Assembly (NCBI GenBank): GCA_032718475.1
Contig: JAUCBJ010005141.1
Span: forward strand, 25,954 to 89,953
From: Nemertoderma westbladi
Lineage: Eukaryota; Animalia; Xenacoelomorpha
Reading direction: 5' to 3'
Length of the DNA: 64,000 nt
Shown here in pieces: positions 63,666-64,000 of the stretch. Under the pieces are notes generated by a model. That model searched no databases. It was not told the origin of the DNA and saw only the letters and a program-made list of their open reading frames with translations. Each line of letters opens with the position of its first letter. The stretch's first letter is position 1. The position numbers and the translations under genes are program-made.

Positions 63666-64000
63666 TGAATAGCTACAGTAGTACTGGAATGTAATTAAAA
63701 AGACTTGCAAAAGCTATCGGTACTACTATGTTATGGGTACCCACTTTTTAAACAAATTGTTTCATATGAAAATGGCTTTTATCATGAGGTATTTTGTTCT
63801 AGAACAAATATTTAACTTTCTGCCAGTACGATGGTAGCTATAGTAATTTTGATTTTGTGTTTGCTAGTGCTTTTTATTAGCTAGTGAAAAAAATTATAAT
63901 TGAAAAATTTAAAAAAATTGACCAACGATTTCTTGTGAAAATTTATTTTATTATGACGTTTTTTGTTCTAGAATAAATATTTGGCCTTCTGACAGTAAGA

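Overview
Eukaryotic (animal, probably invertebrate) repeat-rich DNA; there are no prokaryotic features. Layout: (1) 1-8465 is a 46-bp satellite, followed by LINE debris. (2) A 35-bp satellite is split by a 35.5-kb BEL/Pao LTR-retrotransposon complex (12293-47814; 1175-bp TG..CA LTRs; TSD GTCCA). The complex holds a nested, younger 12.1-kb non-autonomous relative (22755-34885; 1204-bp LTRs; TSD AAGGG; open 1492-aa Gag-protease ORF), a 5'-truncated RTE-type LINE, and a disabled gag-pol with PR, RT, RNase H and integrase all present. (3) Three tandem intronless type-II-membrane fibrinogen-domain genes are each preceded by a 23-bp minisatellite. Most interesting: this BEL/Pao family has no tRNA primer-binding site. 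Instead, the 11 nt after the 5' LTR are complementary to a site inside the LTR, with compensatory changes between the two LTR variants, suggesting Tf1-like self-priming. The family also carries an unrecognised extra ORF in the env position, preceded by a conserved structured RNA. Alignments and mismatch counts were done by eye and are approximate.
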